Assembly (NCBI RefSeq): GCF_009914755.1
Contig: NC_060935.1
Source: the human T2T-CHM13v2.0 reference genome, Homo sapiens
Reading direction: 5' to 3' (one strand)
Length of the DNA stretch: 64,000 nt
Part shown: piece after piece, positions 16,281 to 29,312 of the stretch
Layout of the letters: each line of letters opens with the position of its first letter
Numbering within the stretch: the first letter of the stretch is position 1
Program-made: the position numbers and the translations under genes
The notes under the pieces: generated by a model
What the model saw: only the letters and a program-made list of their open reading frames with translations
Told to the model about the DNA's origin: nothing
The model's database searches: none

Positions 16281-16515
16281 AGCATAAGAAAAATGATGCT
16301 CTTGCCCTGGCTGGGACCTTATCCTGGGCAGAGGCAGCTCAGAGGTACTTCCTGGAACTACAGTTCATTCTGGGGGAATAATCGTGTTGCTCTGTGTTCC
16401 ATGCTGCTTCATGTCTTGCTAACCCACTGAGAACAGGTAGCGATGGTGTGGTATTCCCAGATAACCAGCCTTCCTCTGGGGCTCAGCTGCATTGTGTAGC
16501 TGCTGTTGGAAATTA
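16281..16515 (+). repeat. Copy A of a 235-bp local direct duplication
   Basis: Aligns end to end with 18431-18665 (about 34 differences in 235 by hand count). Confidence 0.92.
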
Positions 16516-16597
16516 AGTCCAGAGTGTGGACTCGCTCTGCCTTCATATAGCTTCATTTTTTTTTTCATATACTTATTGTGAATGTAAGTACCAACTT

Positions 16598-16812
16598 CAG
16601 AGTTTCTCAACCTCGATACTGTGGATGTTTTTGGTCACATAATTCTTCGTCGTGGGGAGCTGTTCTATATGTTATATAAGATGTTCAGCAGTATCCCTGG
16701 CCTCTGCTAGATGCCAGGGTCACCCCTTGCTTCAGTTGTGACAACCAAAATATCACCAGACATTATCATACATTCTAGGGATGGGAGGAACTGCCCCCAT
16801 TGAGAACCATTG
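16598..16812 (-). mobile_element. MER20 (hAT-Charlie MITE)
   Basis: Termini cagagtttctcaac...ttgagaaccattg. Internal atccctggcctct, ctagatgccag and agttgtgacaaccaaaa match the MER20 reverse complement. Confidence 0.8.
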
Positions 16813-17007
16813 CACTAACGTGGAATACTTTACAGAACCCCATTCCATATGGCCCCTAGCAAAGCACCCTGTGCAAAATGAAATGACTGACAATTGAGAT
16901 GTGATGGCATATAACTATAACTATTATATGTAATACGTGTGTATGTATGTGTACATATATATGTACACATAAATATTATTAATAATAAAATGAAATACCT
17001 AGAGGGA

Positions 17008-17246
17008 AGGAATGTTACACAAAGAGGCCTTGCTAAGTTTCTCCCAGTTTATTACCATTAGGATGTACCCTCTTTGTCCAGTCATACTTCTACACAACTG
17101 ACCATTCTTCATCAAACCTAAACACAAAAATACACAGTTTTCCCTTGGCTTTGGGTTTTCTTTTCTGAAGAATCTTCTGTCTTATGTAACTTCAGTTAAA
17201 TACATTTGTATGTTTTTCTATTGTTAACCCGCCTTTTGTTACAAGT
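17008..17246 (+). mobile_element. Partial MER31-like LTR; inverted copy of 19566-19800
   Basis: The reverse complement of 19566-19800 aligns across its whole length. It lacks both LTR termini. Confidence 0.8.
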
Positions 17247-17832
17247 TTTTAAAAATTTAAAAGAGAAGAAATCCAAAGCTGCCTCTCACTTCCCTCTGAC
17301 TCCAGGTTCTTTGTATTTTAAAGGCTCTATGAATACTTGAAATAGAATCCATTAGAGAAAAAATAATAATAATAACAAAACTTCAAACAGAATACATGTG
17401 AATTAAGTTATCATTTTCTCAACTCTTAATATTTGGAGAGGATTTGGCTGGTAACGAAATTCTCCTCAGAGCCCATTTTGAACAGCCTTCTCCAGAAAAC
17501 ATCATGAAGGGATTAATTTCAGAGTTTCAGGGTTTCTTCCCTTGAAATGCTTAAGCAGCTCCAAATCCTGTTCCTGCTTAATGCCAGCCTTCTGACGGAT
17601 CAATATGTGGATTGTTTCATCATTGGAATGAAACAATCCACATTAGATGAATCCTAGATGAAAAGGGGGGAAGAAAAATCCTTGTGACCTCAGGTAGGGA
17701 TTCTGCAGTCATGTATCTAGATTAAGGCTCTCTGAGGTGTTGGCATCCATATTAAGTATTCAGTGCCCATTTACAAGCCCCAGGGAACTGCAGATGCATA
17801 GGGACTTAGACCAGTGTCCCAGACCACTATCT

Positions 17833-18116
17833 GTTTGTTTTTTAAGAGACAGAGTCTCCCGCTGTTGCCCAGGCTGGAGTGCAGTAGCATGATCATAGCT
17901 TACTACAGCTTCAAACTCCTGGACTCAAGCAATTCTCTTAGCCTCCCAAGTAGCTGGGACTACAGGTATGTACCACCGTATCCAGTTATTATTATTATTA
18001 TTTTAGAAATGGGGTCTCACTCTGTTGCCCAGGCTATTATTGAACTCCTGGCTTCAAGCAATCCTCCCATCTTCCCATGTGCTGGGATTGCAGGCATAAG
18101 CCACTACACATAGCCC
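17833..18116 (-). mobile_element. AluJ-like
   Basis: Diverged dimeric Alu (gatcatagcttactacagc, ggactcaagcaat) with an (ATT)n central linker. Confidence 0.88.
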
Positions 18117-18430
18117 CTGAGCCACGTGCTGGATCCCCATCTTCCAGTACGTCATAGGATTTTGAAGCCTTGGGCTAAGTGCGAACTAGTGCCACCATCC
18201 ATGATAGGAAGTAATTTGACTCCCCAATTAAGTTAGATTCCAATGGACAGGGCAACAGCATGTGTTTTACCCCATTTATGAGAAGCAGATTTGGATCTTC
18301 GAGTTAACAGGATTGTTACTTGGAAAATGATTGCTCGATGCTGTTTCTTTATAAAACTGAATTACAGGCAGGGATAGGGAGCTTTAATAAAAGGAAGAGA
18401 GGAATCAGCAGTCATGAACTAAATGATAAG

Positions 18431-18665
18431 AGCATAAGAGAAATGATGCTCTTGACCTGGCTGGGACCTTCCCCAACGCAGGGGCAGCTCACAGGCACTT
18501 CCAAGAGCTATAGTTCATTCTAGGAGGAGAATTGTGTTGTTCCTTGTTCCATGCTGCTTCATGTCCTGCTAACCCACTGAGAAAAGGTAGTGATGGAGGT
18601 GGTAGTTCCTATAGCCAGCCTTACCCTGGGGCTCAGCTGCATGGTGTAGCTGCTGTTGGAAATTA
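18431..18665 (+). repeat. Copy B of a 235-bp local direct duplication
   Basis: agcataaga...gctgttggaaatta matches 16281-16515. Confidence 0.92.
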
Positions 18666-19302
18666 CTGAGAATTATTTGGGAGGGTGATAGAGTCATGTA
18701 AATAGAGCAGATGATGGAGCTGTATTTATGTGTTAAAAAAAAGAGAGATTGATTAAGGTCATAAATTTCTCTTTTATTTCTTCTATCTGGGCATTATTTC
18801 CACAGCAGTAATTTACTACATTGCTTTATTACTTTCTTCTGTTCTGTGGGAAACAGTGAATTTTAATTGAAACCACTGCCCGCCTCTCTCCATTCTTGGA
18901 TGCCATTGTTAGGGAGACTCCTAGATACTGCTGGGCTGTGTGTCCCTTGTCTATCAAGTATGAAGGGATGGTGGAAAGAGGAGCCTTAACCCAGAGCACA
19001 GGTCTACTCACTGTCTCGAGCCATGCCAACATGTTCATGTATTAGCTCATTCAGCAATAACCACAGTCCTGGGGGGGGAGGGGAACAAAACTCTGGGCTC
19101 TGGGCACAAAAGTGGTTTGACCAGGGTCACCCAGCTGGTCAGTGCCGAGCTAGGATTGGTCTGATTGATGGACTTAATGCTAAAAATAAATGCTATTGAA
19201 TTTGAAAAACATGAGCAAACTAAATAAATAATTAATGATCCTAGAACTTTGTGGGGAAAGTCTTTCAGATGATTAAGCACACATTCTTTGTTTTATAGGT
19301 GT

Positions 19303-20260
19303 GTTAGGGGTTGAATTGTTACCCAAAAAGACACACAACTCCCAGCCCACACTTGTGAATGTGACCTTATTTGGTAAGGAAGGTCTTTGTAGATGTTACC
19401 AAGTTAAAATAAATTCATATTGGATGTGTGTGGGCCCTAATTCAGTGACTGGTGTCCTCATAAACAGAGAGAAATTTGGACACAGAGACACAGACCCAGA
19501 AGGAAGACAACGTGCAGAGAAAAAGTAACATTTTCGTCACCTAAGACAAGATTCATGCCTGAAGTACCTGTAACAAAAGGCAGGCTAACAAGAGAAAAAC
19601 ATACAAATGTATTTAACTGAAGCCACATAAGACAGAGGAGTCTTCAGAAATGAAAACCCAAAGCCAAGAGAAAACCGTGTTATTTTTACGTTTAGGTTTG
19701 ATGAAAAATGGACAGTTGTGTAGAAGTATGCTTGGACCAAGAGCGTATATCCTAATGGTAATAAGGGGCAATGTAGCAAGGCCTCTTTGTGTAGATTCCT
19801 CTTGGCATTTTTGTGTAACATTCCTTCCCTCTAGGTATAAGGCAGGACACCTGTCACATGAGGGTCTTTAAAAGAAATAAGAGGGTAAGGTCAGAGATAC
19901 CTTTATGCTTCTGTAGTTTTCTCAGTTTCCTTTAGCTTAAAATACTCCGTATGCCAAGGTGCTGTATTTGAGGTTATTGTGTTGGAGGCCCCAACAACAG
20001 CCCTGAGAAGATGGAAGCAGAGACTGGAGTTAGAAGCAGAGATTGGAGTGATGGTGCCACAAGCCAAGGAATTCCAAGGACTGCCAGAAGCTAGGAAAAA
20101 ACAGGGAAGGATGCTTCCCTAGGGTCCTGATAGGGACCATGAATCTGCCAACAACCTGATTGTGAACTTTCAGCCTTCAGAACTCTATGAGAATAAATAT
20201 CTGTTCTTTTAAGCTACCCAGTTTGTGGTGCTTGGTTACAGCAGCCCTAGGAAGCTAACA
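19303..20260 (+). mobile_element. MLT1 (MaLR) solo LTR, MLT1B/C-like, split by a MER31 insertion
   Basis: tgtgaatgtgaccttatttgg...ggtctttgtagatgt at the 5' end; ccacaagccaaggaa, gagaataaat and cagcagccctaggaagctaaca at the 3' end. Confidence 0.85.
19513..19996 (-). mobile_element. MER31-like ERV1 solo LTR nested in MLT1
   Basis: The minus strand begins tgttggggc...; internal taagctaaaggaaactgagaaaac and ttaaatacatttgtatg...cttttgttacagg. Confidence 0.75.
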
Positions 20261-21164
20261 TGAGTGCAATTCAGAGAATAGCTGTGAAGGGTGAGGTTCT
20301 CCTAAAGGAGGGAGGAAGACCCCATGGCAGAATGAAGGACCACTGACTCCTAGTGCAGTACTCTTTTCACTAGACAAAATGGTAAGAACTTTAGCAGTTT
20401 TTGAACCACTCAAGCTTGGTTTTAGCTAGATAGTTTTTTTGTTTGTTGTTGTAGTACTTATGATCTAGTTGAATTTAACTATCTGGGTTGTTCTAAAAGG
20501 GTAGAAGTTGGATGAGAGACTTCTAAGTCTCTCATTGTTTCTAAGTCATTGCATTACTATAGTCATTTCAAGACTTCTGAAAGATAACCCATGGATAACA
20601 CCATCATTTCTTACAGGAGTGTTTTTACAGAAGGCCATGAGGTCACGTAGAAGTTAATATTGACTGGCATTCAGTGTGCTTCATAAATCAGGATCTCATC
20701 AGTTTAATTCATTTTGTCATTTCTCAGTCTTTTAAAGCAATTTTCTGAAAGCACTTTTTTAAAAAAGCATTGAAGTTGCTATCTGAATAGTTTCTATAGT
20801 TTGAACAGTAGTTTATCCATTGATTGTGAGAACTTAAAGTCCAGTTTTAGTATTGTTACCACTTTATATTCTGATCTTGTCCTTTTTTGTCACCTTTGAG
20901 TGATTTTGTTCTTAGCTTCTTGACATTCTTATAAAAGTGTGTAAGTGTTTTAAAAATCCATAAACTTTATTAATATTGAGGTAGATTATTCTGGGAAAGC
21001 ATATGGAACTTTAACAATAAAATTATAAAACCAACACATGTTGAGTTATTGATAGCAGTCCTGTTGCTCTGTAGTAGAAAGACACATTTGCTTTCTACTT
21101 TGCTGTACATAGTCATAGTTAGGCTTCATAATAACCTTGAGAGGGAAAGAAGCTAGATGGAGTA

Positions 21165-21390
21165 GTAATCATGAGCTTGGACATGAGAAATAAATGTCTT
21201 TGCATTTTGATCCCAGCTTCTTGGCCATGTGATGTTGGGCAAGTGACTTCTCTGAGCTTCAGTTTACTCTGTGAAGTGAATAATTATAGCAACTAATGAA
21301 CTGGCTTGCTATTAACATTAAATGAGTTAAGATATGTAAAGTATTTTAAAGGGTATTTTGCATGTAGTATACTCTCAGTAAACGTTCAAT
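21165..21390 (+). mobile_element. MIR
   Basis: tgtgatgttgggcaagtgacttctctgagcttcagttt...attaaatgagttaa. Confidence 0.7.
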
Positions 21391-22211
21391 ATTATCTGCA
21401 TATGGACGGAATTTGTTTTAGCTAATTCAATGTCCACATTGTATGATTAAGGCCTTAGACAGTTCGTCTTTTCAAATTATGAAGAACATTTTACCTGGGT
21501 TCATTACATTTCATCTTGTAAGATTGTGATCATCTGTTGATTTCTATATATGTGGTTCTCTAAATTAAGTTGTGCCTGATAAGTGGACTGTGATGGGGCT
21601 AAACAAAGGACCCTCTCTCAAACTCCTAGAAACCTCTCTCCTTGTCTTCAATATTTCAACTTCCCAAGAGTAAAATTATATGACACCTTGGAAAGTTCAC
21701 TGGTAGTCATAGCTTATCCAGATTTTAGTCCAGACCCTATCACTATTATTAACAGTGGACAAGTTTACTTCATTTCTATAGGCCACAGAATCCTCACCTA
21801 TAAATCAAGGAGTTTGAGCAACAATAAAACCATCAATACCTGCTGTGTGTACTGCTACAGCATTTCCTACTCCCACGTAGACATCATTAATCAATTATAA
21901 TGGCCTTTCATACATGCTCATGCTTTGCATCCATTTCAACCTAACCCTGAGCGGGAGCTGGTTTTGCAAAATGACATTTATTTGCCATTGAGGGCCCTGA
22001 GACCGTCTCTATCTCTGACAGTCTTTGAGTCTATATATGAGAATGGTATTGAAGTGAAGGGAAAAAGGAGACTGGTGGGAGAGATGATAGAAATGCAGTT
22101 AATCAGGTCTTGGTGACTTGGAGAAGAGCTGAACATGAGAGGAGAAGACAGTCTCAAGGGTGTAGTGAAAAGGAGCAGCAGGTTTGAAACCTCACAGAGA
22201 AGATACCTTGC

Positions 22212-22603
22212 TGTAAATAACTCTGGTGATATCTGTATACCCCTTAGCAGCCTCCTTTCCTGTGTGTACTGACCCCCAGTCTTTCCCTCCTTGTCTCAGC
22301 CAGTTAGATTGGGGTAGACACTAGTTCCAGGATTCTCTCTTCCAGGAATTTATTATTGGGATTCAGAGATAATTTCTGGGTGTGGTGGAATTGTGGAGTT
22401 ATAAACCTGAGAACTGTAGGGTGCCTATGTGCATGAAGCAACTGACAGACGGACAGACAACAGACAAACTCTGATAGGCATTACTGAAACTCAGCTATGC
22501 TCCTTGCATTTAAATTCCCTAATATACCCTTGTAATAATGATACGTAATTTTGCTGTCAACGTTTGAAATAGATTTCCCTTTATTTAAGAAAAATATCTT
22601 AAC
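22212..22603 (+). mobile_element. Possible old ERVL-type LTR (LTR33/LTR16-like)
   Basis: Weak resemblance only (attctctcttccaggaattt; ends ...tcttaaca). Confidence 0.3.
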
Positions 22604-24667
22604 AGACTCTAACTGGATCCCCAGTCAGGAGAGAGGCTCAGGAAAGAAGAGCTATTCCCTGATGTCAGTTGCTGCACAATTTTGTTAAAGAGTGGAAGAA
22701 GGAAGCCTTTAGGTTTGGTAAGTAGGGGAGATATCAGGGAAAGATATTTGTCTTTATAAGTCATGTTATTGCTGGGAGTTTTCATCGATGCTATTTGGAT
22801 GTTGGCCATCACTTTTTATCTTTCATTTGTGAAATTTTGTGGATCAAAATCTAAAATGTCATGATCTCCAGCATGTATGTGAATTAAGCCCTGTCTCTCT
22901 TTATTAATAGTTCTTAGATGGATATTTGCTGGTTTAAATGTTATCTATAGTGTTCTATAAAAATTGCCAACAATTCTATTAAGTGTATTATTCTATTTTA
23001 GACAATTCTTCTTATCTTTAACCTGTTGAACAAGATCTGCATGATAAACACCTGTTTTCTCAGAATTTTACCCTGTGAAATTCACCAGTACACCCACAAG
23101 AAGGATGGAATCCTCTCAGTTGGAAGCCCATTTCATTCACATACTACCCATAAGGCAATAGCCAAGTTTCTTAACTTGGTATAGCTCAGGTTCCCTATCA
23201 AGAAAATGGGTATACTAACTGAGATGCTGAGGAAATTAGGCGGGCTACTGTATTTTATAAAGCACTTAGCTTAGCCTTGCACATACAAAGTGCTCAACAA
23301 ATGTTAACTGTTATAGCTATTATTAAATGCATTGCTTGTAAAGAATCTTTTCTTGAAAATCGATGAATAATCAATCTGATTAAATGCCTTGAAAGTCTCT
23401 GATATATACTACATACTCATGTTTTGTGAGTGCCTGCTGTAAACCAGGTACAATGCTAGGCACAGGGTGTACAAGGATGAATAAAACAAGGACTTTACCC
23501 CTTTAAGACCTCACAGTTCAGAATAATTTCACCATGCACTGACATTTATTGCTACTGCCACACAGCTTTAAAATGAAGAGATTAAGTAAATAATATTAAG
23601 GTTCTTATGGGACCTTTTTTTCTGGCAATAATGAATGGTTATAATATTTATTGGTTGTTTTAGGAAGGAAAGCCTCTGAGAACATGAGTGAGGAGATGTA
23701 AAATAAATCCATCACATTAGAAACAGACTATTAAAAGCAGAAAACGCTCAGCCTCTGCCAATGACCATTTTTAAATGTGTGGCCTTTGCAGATACATCAG
23801 TTAACCAAGACAAATCCAATTTTACCTCCCACCACTTAAGTAAATTTCTCTTCTTTGTAAAATTTCCTATTTTATAAAGACATGCTTCATCTTGACTATG
23901 TACATACTAAATTGTTCATTTTTTACTGAGTTAAATTGTTTTCTGTCATAGTGAGAAATGCATTCTTCTGAAGAAATGATATTCATGCCCGGGAAATGGG
24001 GATATTTATTAAAATGTTTTATTAGGAAACTAGATTTAGACATATTTCTATAATTTTCATATTTAAGTATTTTTATTGCCCAATGAAATGACTTTCAGTT
24101 TAAAATGGACTCAGATAATCAGTCTCCAAATTCTCACTTTTATACTTAATCAAATATAGTTGGTGGATTTATATTTGCCTGCATATGTTTAGAAATATTA
24201 GAGATGTTTTCAGTAGAACTCTATCAATCTTTTGCTGGGTTGTAATAGCTAGTAAATGACTTAAATTATTTTGTGCTTGCATCCAACTCTGATTTAATAA
24301 GCCTTTACGGATTTGGGATTGTGTACATAGGTGTGGGAGGAACACAAAAAACAGGAAACTTCTCAGGCCTAAAGAACGAACAGGCTGTTTACAAGACAAA
24401 AGCACCTCACAGTAAAAGAAAAACCTGTGTGTAAATGTGAATTTTTGGACTTGTTATTTAAGTTGCCTCTTGGAATTTTAGTCATATCTATTATTTCCAA
24501 AGTCAGAAGAATTATCTGTGCCCAGGGTTATTCCAGATAACTGATGTTTAACATTTTGAGTGGCATATAACACACACAAAAAAGATTATATTTCTGGACC
24601 ACTTTTTAAAGTGTATTAATGTGTCTTTCAGTTTTCAAACATAATCTTTTGAACAAAGTGATAAAAG

Positions 24668-24840
24668 CAGGGCTGGCTTCATGGGCCTGCCATCTATGTC
24701 ATCGCATAGGGCCCTGTGCTTAGAAGGGCCACATGCTTGGTGTCCTTCTGTCACTGTCTGGAAATTCTTCACAATTTTTGAACAAAGGGCTTGACATTTT
24801 TATTTTGCGCTGAGCCCTGCAAATCATGTAGCCCATCATG
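24668..24840 (+). mobile_element. MER45A-like (hAT-Tip100 MITE)
   Basis: cagggctggcttcatggg...agggccctgtgcttagaagggcc...gaaattctt...aatttttgaacaaagggc...gccctgcaaatcatgtagcc. Confidence 0.75.
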
Positions 24841-25420
24841 CATACAAGGTTTTCACTTGGACTGTTCATTATTGTCTAGGATATCTAGTGCAGTAATATT
24901 TGGGTCTCCTCCCTTGAGCTCAGCTTGCCAGCATACACTTCTGTTCTCAGGACGCCTCTTTCTTCCAGGGCTCTGCCTTCTAATTTGCTGCTTCTCATCT
25001 GCGGAGCCATCCCATAAATAAGGTATTAGAATAGTAAGTAGGCTGAGAATCACTAGGCTCTGAAGGGTGACCTTGAAGACTCCTCCCATAGAGTGAAAGT
25101 ACCTCCACGTCAGTAGCCAAGCTTTACTGCATTTATTTCCGGGATCAGAGGCTCCTCTCCTGGATTGATTGCACTGGTGAAGTGGCCATCTCTGTATAAA
25201 CACCAGGTGGGACCACACCATTCTGGCCCACTTTTATTAAAGGAAGATTGTTGTAAAAAAGCTATTTTAAAAGCCTACTTTTTTGGAAATTAATCATAGA
25301 GGGTAAGAAAGTAAGTGAGGCTTCTTTTCATGAGACTCCTGTTGGAGAAATCTTACAAATTACGAATGTTTCACTATTGACCATGACAGATCTCTTGGAT
25401 TTCAGTAATTTCTGTGTCTT

Positions 25421-25490
25421 CAAGTTGTTCATATACCTTCAAAGTAGTGTTCATGCAAGTTGTTCATATACCTTCAAAGTAGTGTTCATG
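25421..25490. repeat. Perfect tandem duplication, 2 x 35 bp
   Basis: caagttgttcatataccttcaaagtagtgttcatg at 25421-25455 and 25456-25490. Confidence 0.97.
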
Positions 25491-25535
25491 CTTGGTGCCC
25501 TTGTGCCTTGAGTCCTAAAGTGAACTATGGCATGT

Positions 25536-25575
25536 TTTTGTTTTGTTTTGTTTTGTTTTGTTTTGTTTTGTTTTG
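25536..25575. repeat. (TTTTG)8 microsatellite
   Basis: Direct read. Confidence 0.95.
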
Positions 25576-26819
25576 ACACAGATCCCAGTTGCTAAGCTTT
25601 CCATATAATTACAGAACTATGTTTTTCACAATCTCCAGAGACCACTACCAGCTAAAGGAAAGTGGGTGGATTCTCTGTGCAATGATTTCTAGTTTTCTTC
25701 TGGTGCATTTTTCTAGTTTCTAATATTCAAGCTACAGGAAAAGGAAATAAAAAGGGGAAGCAAAGCCAACTGTTCTGTTGTTATTTTAGGCCATCCATAG
25801 CATAAGAAATATATTGGCAATTATGTTACAAGAAAATAAGATTTACCCAAATAGAGAAAAGAGTACTTCTTACTCATTTACTTACTCACTCATTCATTTA
25901 TTCGCTCAACATTCAGTGTTATTTATTGAACACCTACTGTGTGCTAGGCACTGTGGTGTGTACCAGGGTGCAATGAAGGATAAGAAAATTATTATCCATT
26001 CCAAGGATGGAAGCATGTGTGTACTTTATACTCAACAGATGCTCTAAGGTAATACAGAATGAATGAATGAATAAATAAATGAATACATGCTTTGAATAAT
26101 ATGCATCACTGATACTGAGCAGGGATTTCTCAACTCATTTTTGTAGCAAAAGATTCTTATACCTTTCTGAAATTGAATGATGGCAGAAATTCTCCTAACT
26201 GCTTTTGTTTAAACTCCTGTTTGACATTTGAACTGTTTTCAAAATGTCATCTCTGGATTCACTTGCCTCTGAGGAATTGAAGGAAATTTTATGTTGACAT
26301 AGTCTGCAAGTTGTCAGAATTCACATAGTACTAGAAATTTCATAAGTATTCATAAAAGAAAATTAAGAGATCATTAATCTCTTTTTAAACTGGTTTACCC
26401 CACATTCTCAAAGTGCTTTGGGAATTGCAGTATCAAGTTTGTGCCAGGTCTTAAACATTAACTGAAATGGTTAAAGACTTGGGCATGGTTAACACAGTGC
26501 CATGGTGCCCTCCTACCTCTGTGAAACTGTCATTTTATTATGTTTGATTTTAATGCGATTTGATATGTGGGGGGAGAAAGCAGGTAATTATTTGGAAAAT
26601 GCCCGTTACTTTTATAAATAGGAGAAATACGGGAGTTGGTCTTTGCTAATAGAAATCATAATAGTAATTGCAGTCATGATTATTATATGGTGCTTCACAC
26701 TATTAAAACACTTTATCTATGATAGGTTTAGAATCACCTGTTTTACATGATGAAAGTCTACCTAGGGAAACTACAGAAAAGTTCTCTAAAGTTAGAATTT
26801 TGTACCTCAGAATGAAAAG

Positions 26820-28260
26820 CAACAGACATTATAACCAACTAAAATTTCAACGAAAATGCCAAGAACACACAATGGAGAAAGGACACCCTCTTAAGTACAT
26901 GGCACTTGGAAAACTGAATATCCACATGCAAAAGAATGAAGCTAGACCCCTGTCTCTCACCATATACAAAAATAAACTCAGGATGGATTAAAGACTTAAA
27001 TGTAAGACCCAAAATGATAAAAATACTAAAAGAAAACATAGGGAAAATGTTCATGGCATTGGTTTGGGCAAAGAATTTTTGGATAAGACCCTAAAACACA
27101 GGCAACAAAAACAAAACTAGACACATTGGATTATGTCAAACTAAAAGCTTCTGCCCAGAAAAGGAGACAACAGAGTAAAAAGAAAACTTAAAGAATGTGA
27201 GAAAATATTTGTAAGCTATGCATCTAATAAGGGGCTAATAAATAGGGTATATTAGGAACTCAAATAATTCAACAGCAAAAAAAAAAGACATACATAACTC
27301 TGATTAGAAAATGGACAAAAGACCTGAAAAGACATTTCTCCAAAGAAGACATACGAATGGCCAACAGGTATATGAAAAAATACTCAACATTACTTATCAT
27401 CAGAGAAATGCAAATTGAGATATCACCCCACCCCAATTAAAATGGCTATTATCAAAAAGACAAAAATAACAAATGCTGGCATGGATGTGGAGAAAGGGGA
27501 ACTATTATGCACTGTTGATGAGAATATAAATTATTATAGCCATTATGGAAAACAGTATGAAGATTCCTGAAAAAAAAATAAAGTTACCATATGATCCAGC
27601 TATCCTACTACTGGATAGATATCCAAGAGAAATGAAATCGGTATATTGAAGAGATATTTACACTCTCATGTTTAATGCAGCACTTTTCACAATAGCCAAG
27701 ATATGGAACCAACCTAAGTGTCCATCCGTGGGTAAATAGGTAAAGAAAATGTGGTGTGTATACAAAAAGGAATACCATTCAGCTGTAAAAAAGAATGAAA
27801 TCCTGTCATTTGCAGCAACGTGGATGGACCTGGAGGATATTATGTTAAGTGAAATAAGCCAGGAACAGAAAGACAAATACCGCATGATCTCACTCACATG
27901 GTGAATCTAAAAAAGTTGATCCCATAGAAATAGAGAGTAGAATAGTGGTTGTCAGAGGCTTAGGATAATAGAGGAAAGGAGAGGATAGATAGAGATTAAT
28001 CAACATGTATAAAGTTACACTTAGATAGAAGCAATAAGTTCTAGTGTTTTATTGCACATTGGGGTGACTTTGGTTGCCAGTATTGCATTATATATTTCAA
28101 AATAGCTAGAAGACAGGATTTTGAGTGTTCTCACCACACAAAAAAGGTAAGTATATTATGTGATAGATATGCCAATTGCTCAATTTTATTTTTACACAAT
28201 GTATTCTTGTATCAACACATCATACTGTTCCCACTAAATAGGTACAATTAATGTATGTAA
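26820..28260 (+). mobile_element. 5'-truncated L1MA-type element (ORF2 end plus 3'UTR)
   Basis: ctagacccctgtctctcaccatatacaaaaat, catttctccaaagaagacatac, gaaatcctgtcatttgcagcaac, atatatttcaaaatagctagaag. Confidence 0.9.
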
Positions 28261-29019
28261 GTTTCTTTTTAAGCAGCAGAGAAATCTAGGTGACTAAACC
28301 ACCTGATGTAGATCCTTTATTTTTGATGGCAGCCAATCATTGTTTTAATAGTTAAAGGGAGAGGAGTGGTGGTAAAACTAGGGCTAGATGTCTGTAAACC
28401 TTATTATAAGCAAAATATTTGTAAAGCTATGCAAATAGTGCACATAGTGCACTGTATGCCTTATGGGTTTGATCTGTAACATGAACTCATCAGAAGTAAG
28501 CTAAATTCAACACTCTCCGACCTTTAATGAGTTGATGATATTGTTCTGCCTTGATTTGTATATTAATTATGGATGAATTAATTTAACAAATGGATATGAA
28601 AAACCTACTCTATGTCAGGCACTGTGTTAGGCCCTGGAAGCACAAAATGAGTAACACATCTTCCCTCAAGATAGGTAAGGTCTGTCTGTCAGAGCACACT
28701 TCTGCTGACTTATGTTCTGTTTTTGCAGTCCTTCATTTCAGTTTTATTGATCACTACTGAACAATAGTTTCTTACCCTTTATAGCTTTAATTTTCCCTGC
28801 ATTCTAGGTTATTTGTCAAGACAGTAATGATTGTAAAACAATACTTCTACGTACTAGGGAAGCTATTTTGTGTGAGATCCCTGTAGTCAGCCCTTGTGTA
28901 GAGAAGAATCTCAAATTATTGGTTCTGTTTTGGGGCATATAGTACCCAGTTAAATATTAAAATGTTTAAATTTCTAAAGTGATGTTAACTGGGAGAAGCT
29001 GATATCTTTTCAGAGATAT

Positions 29020-29312
29020 ATATTGAAGAGAGATTGATTAATGGTTACAAGTATGCACTTAGATAGAAGAAATAAGACCTGGTGTTCGATAGATTGTAGG
29101 GTAACTATAGTTAACAGTAATCAATTGTACATTTCAAAATAGCTAGAAGGGAATAAGTCAAATGTTTCTAGTATAAAGAAAAGACAAATATTTCAGGTGA
29201 TGGATATCCTAATTACCTTTACTTGATTATATGAATGCTTCACATTATCTCATGTACTCTGAAAATATGTACATCTAATAAGTATCAATAAATATAAATA
29301 AACAAACAGAAG
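29020..29312 (+). mobile_element. L1MA 3'-end fragment
   Basis: ttagatagaagaaataagacc, tttcaaaatagctagaag, ggtgatggatatcctaattacc, and an A-rich tail. Confidence 0.8.

Noticed and set aside
25421-25490. 35-bp repeats of CRISPR-like length
   Set aside because: Two abutting copies with no spacers, in eukaryotic intronic DNA with no cas genes.
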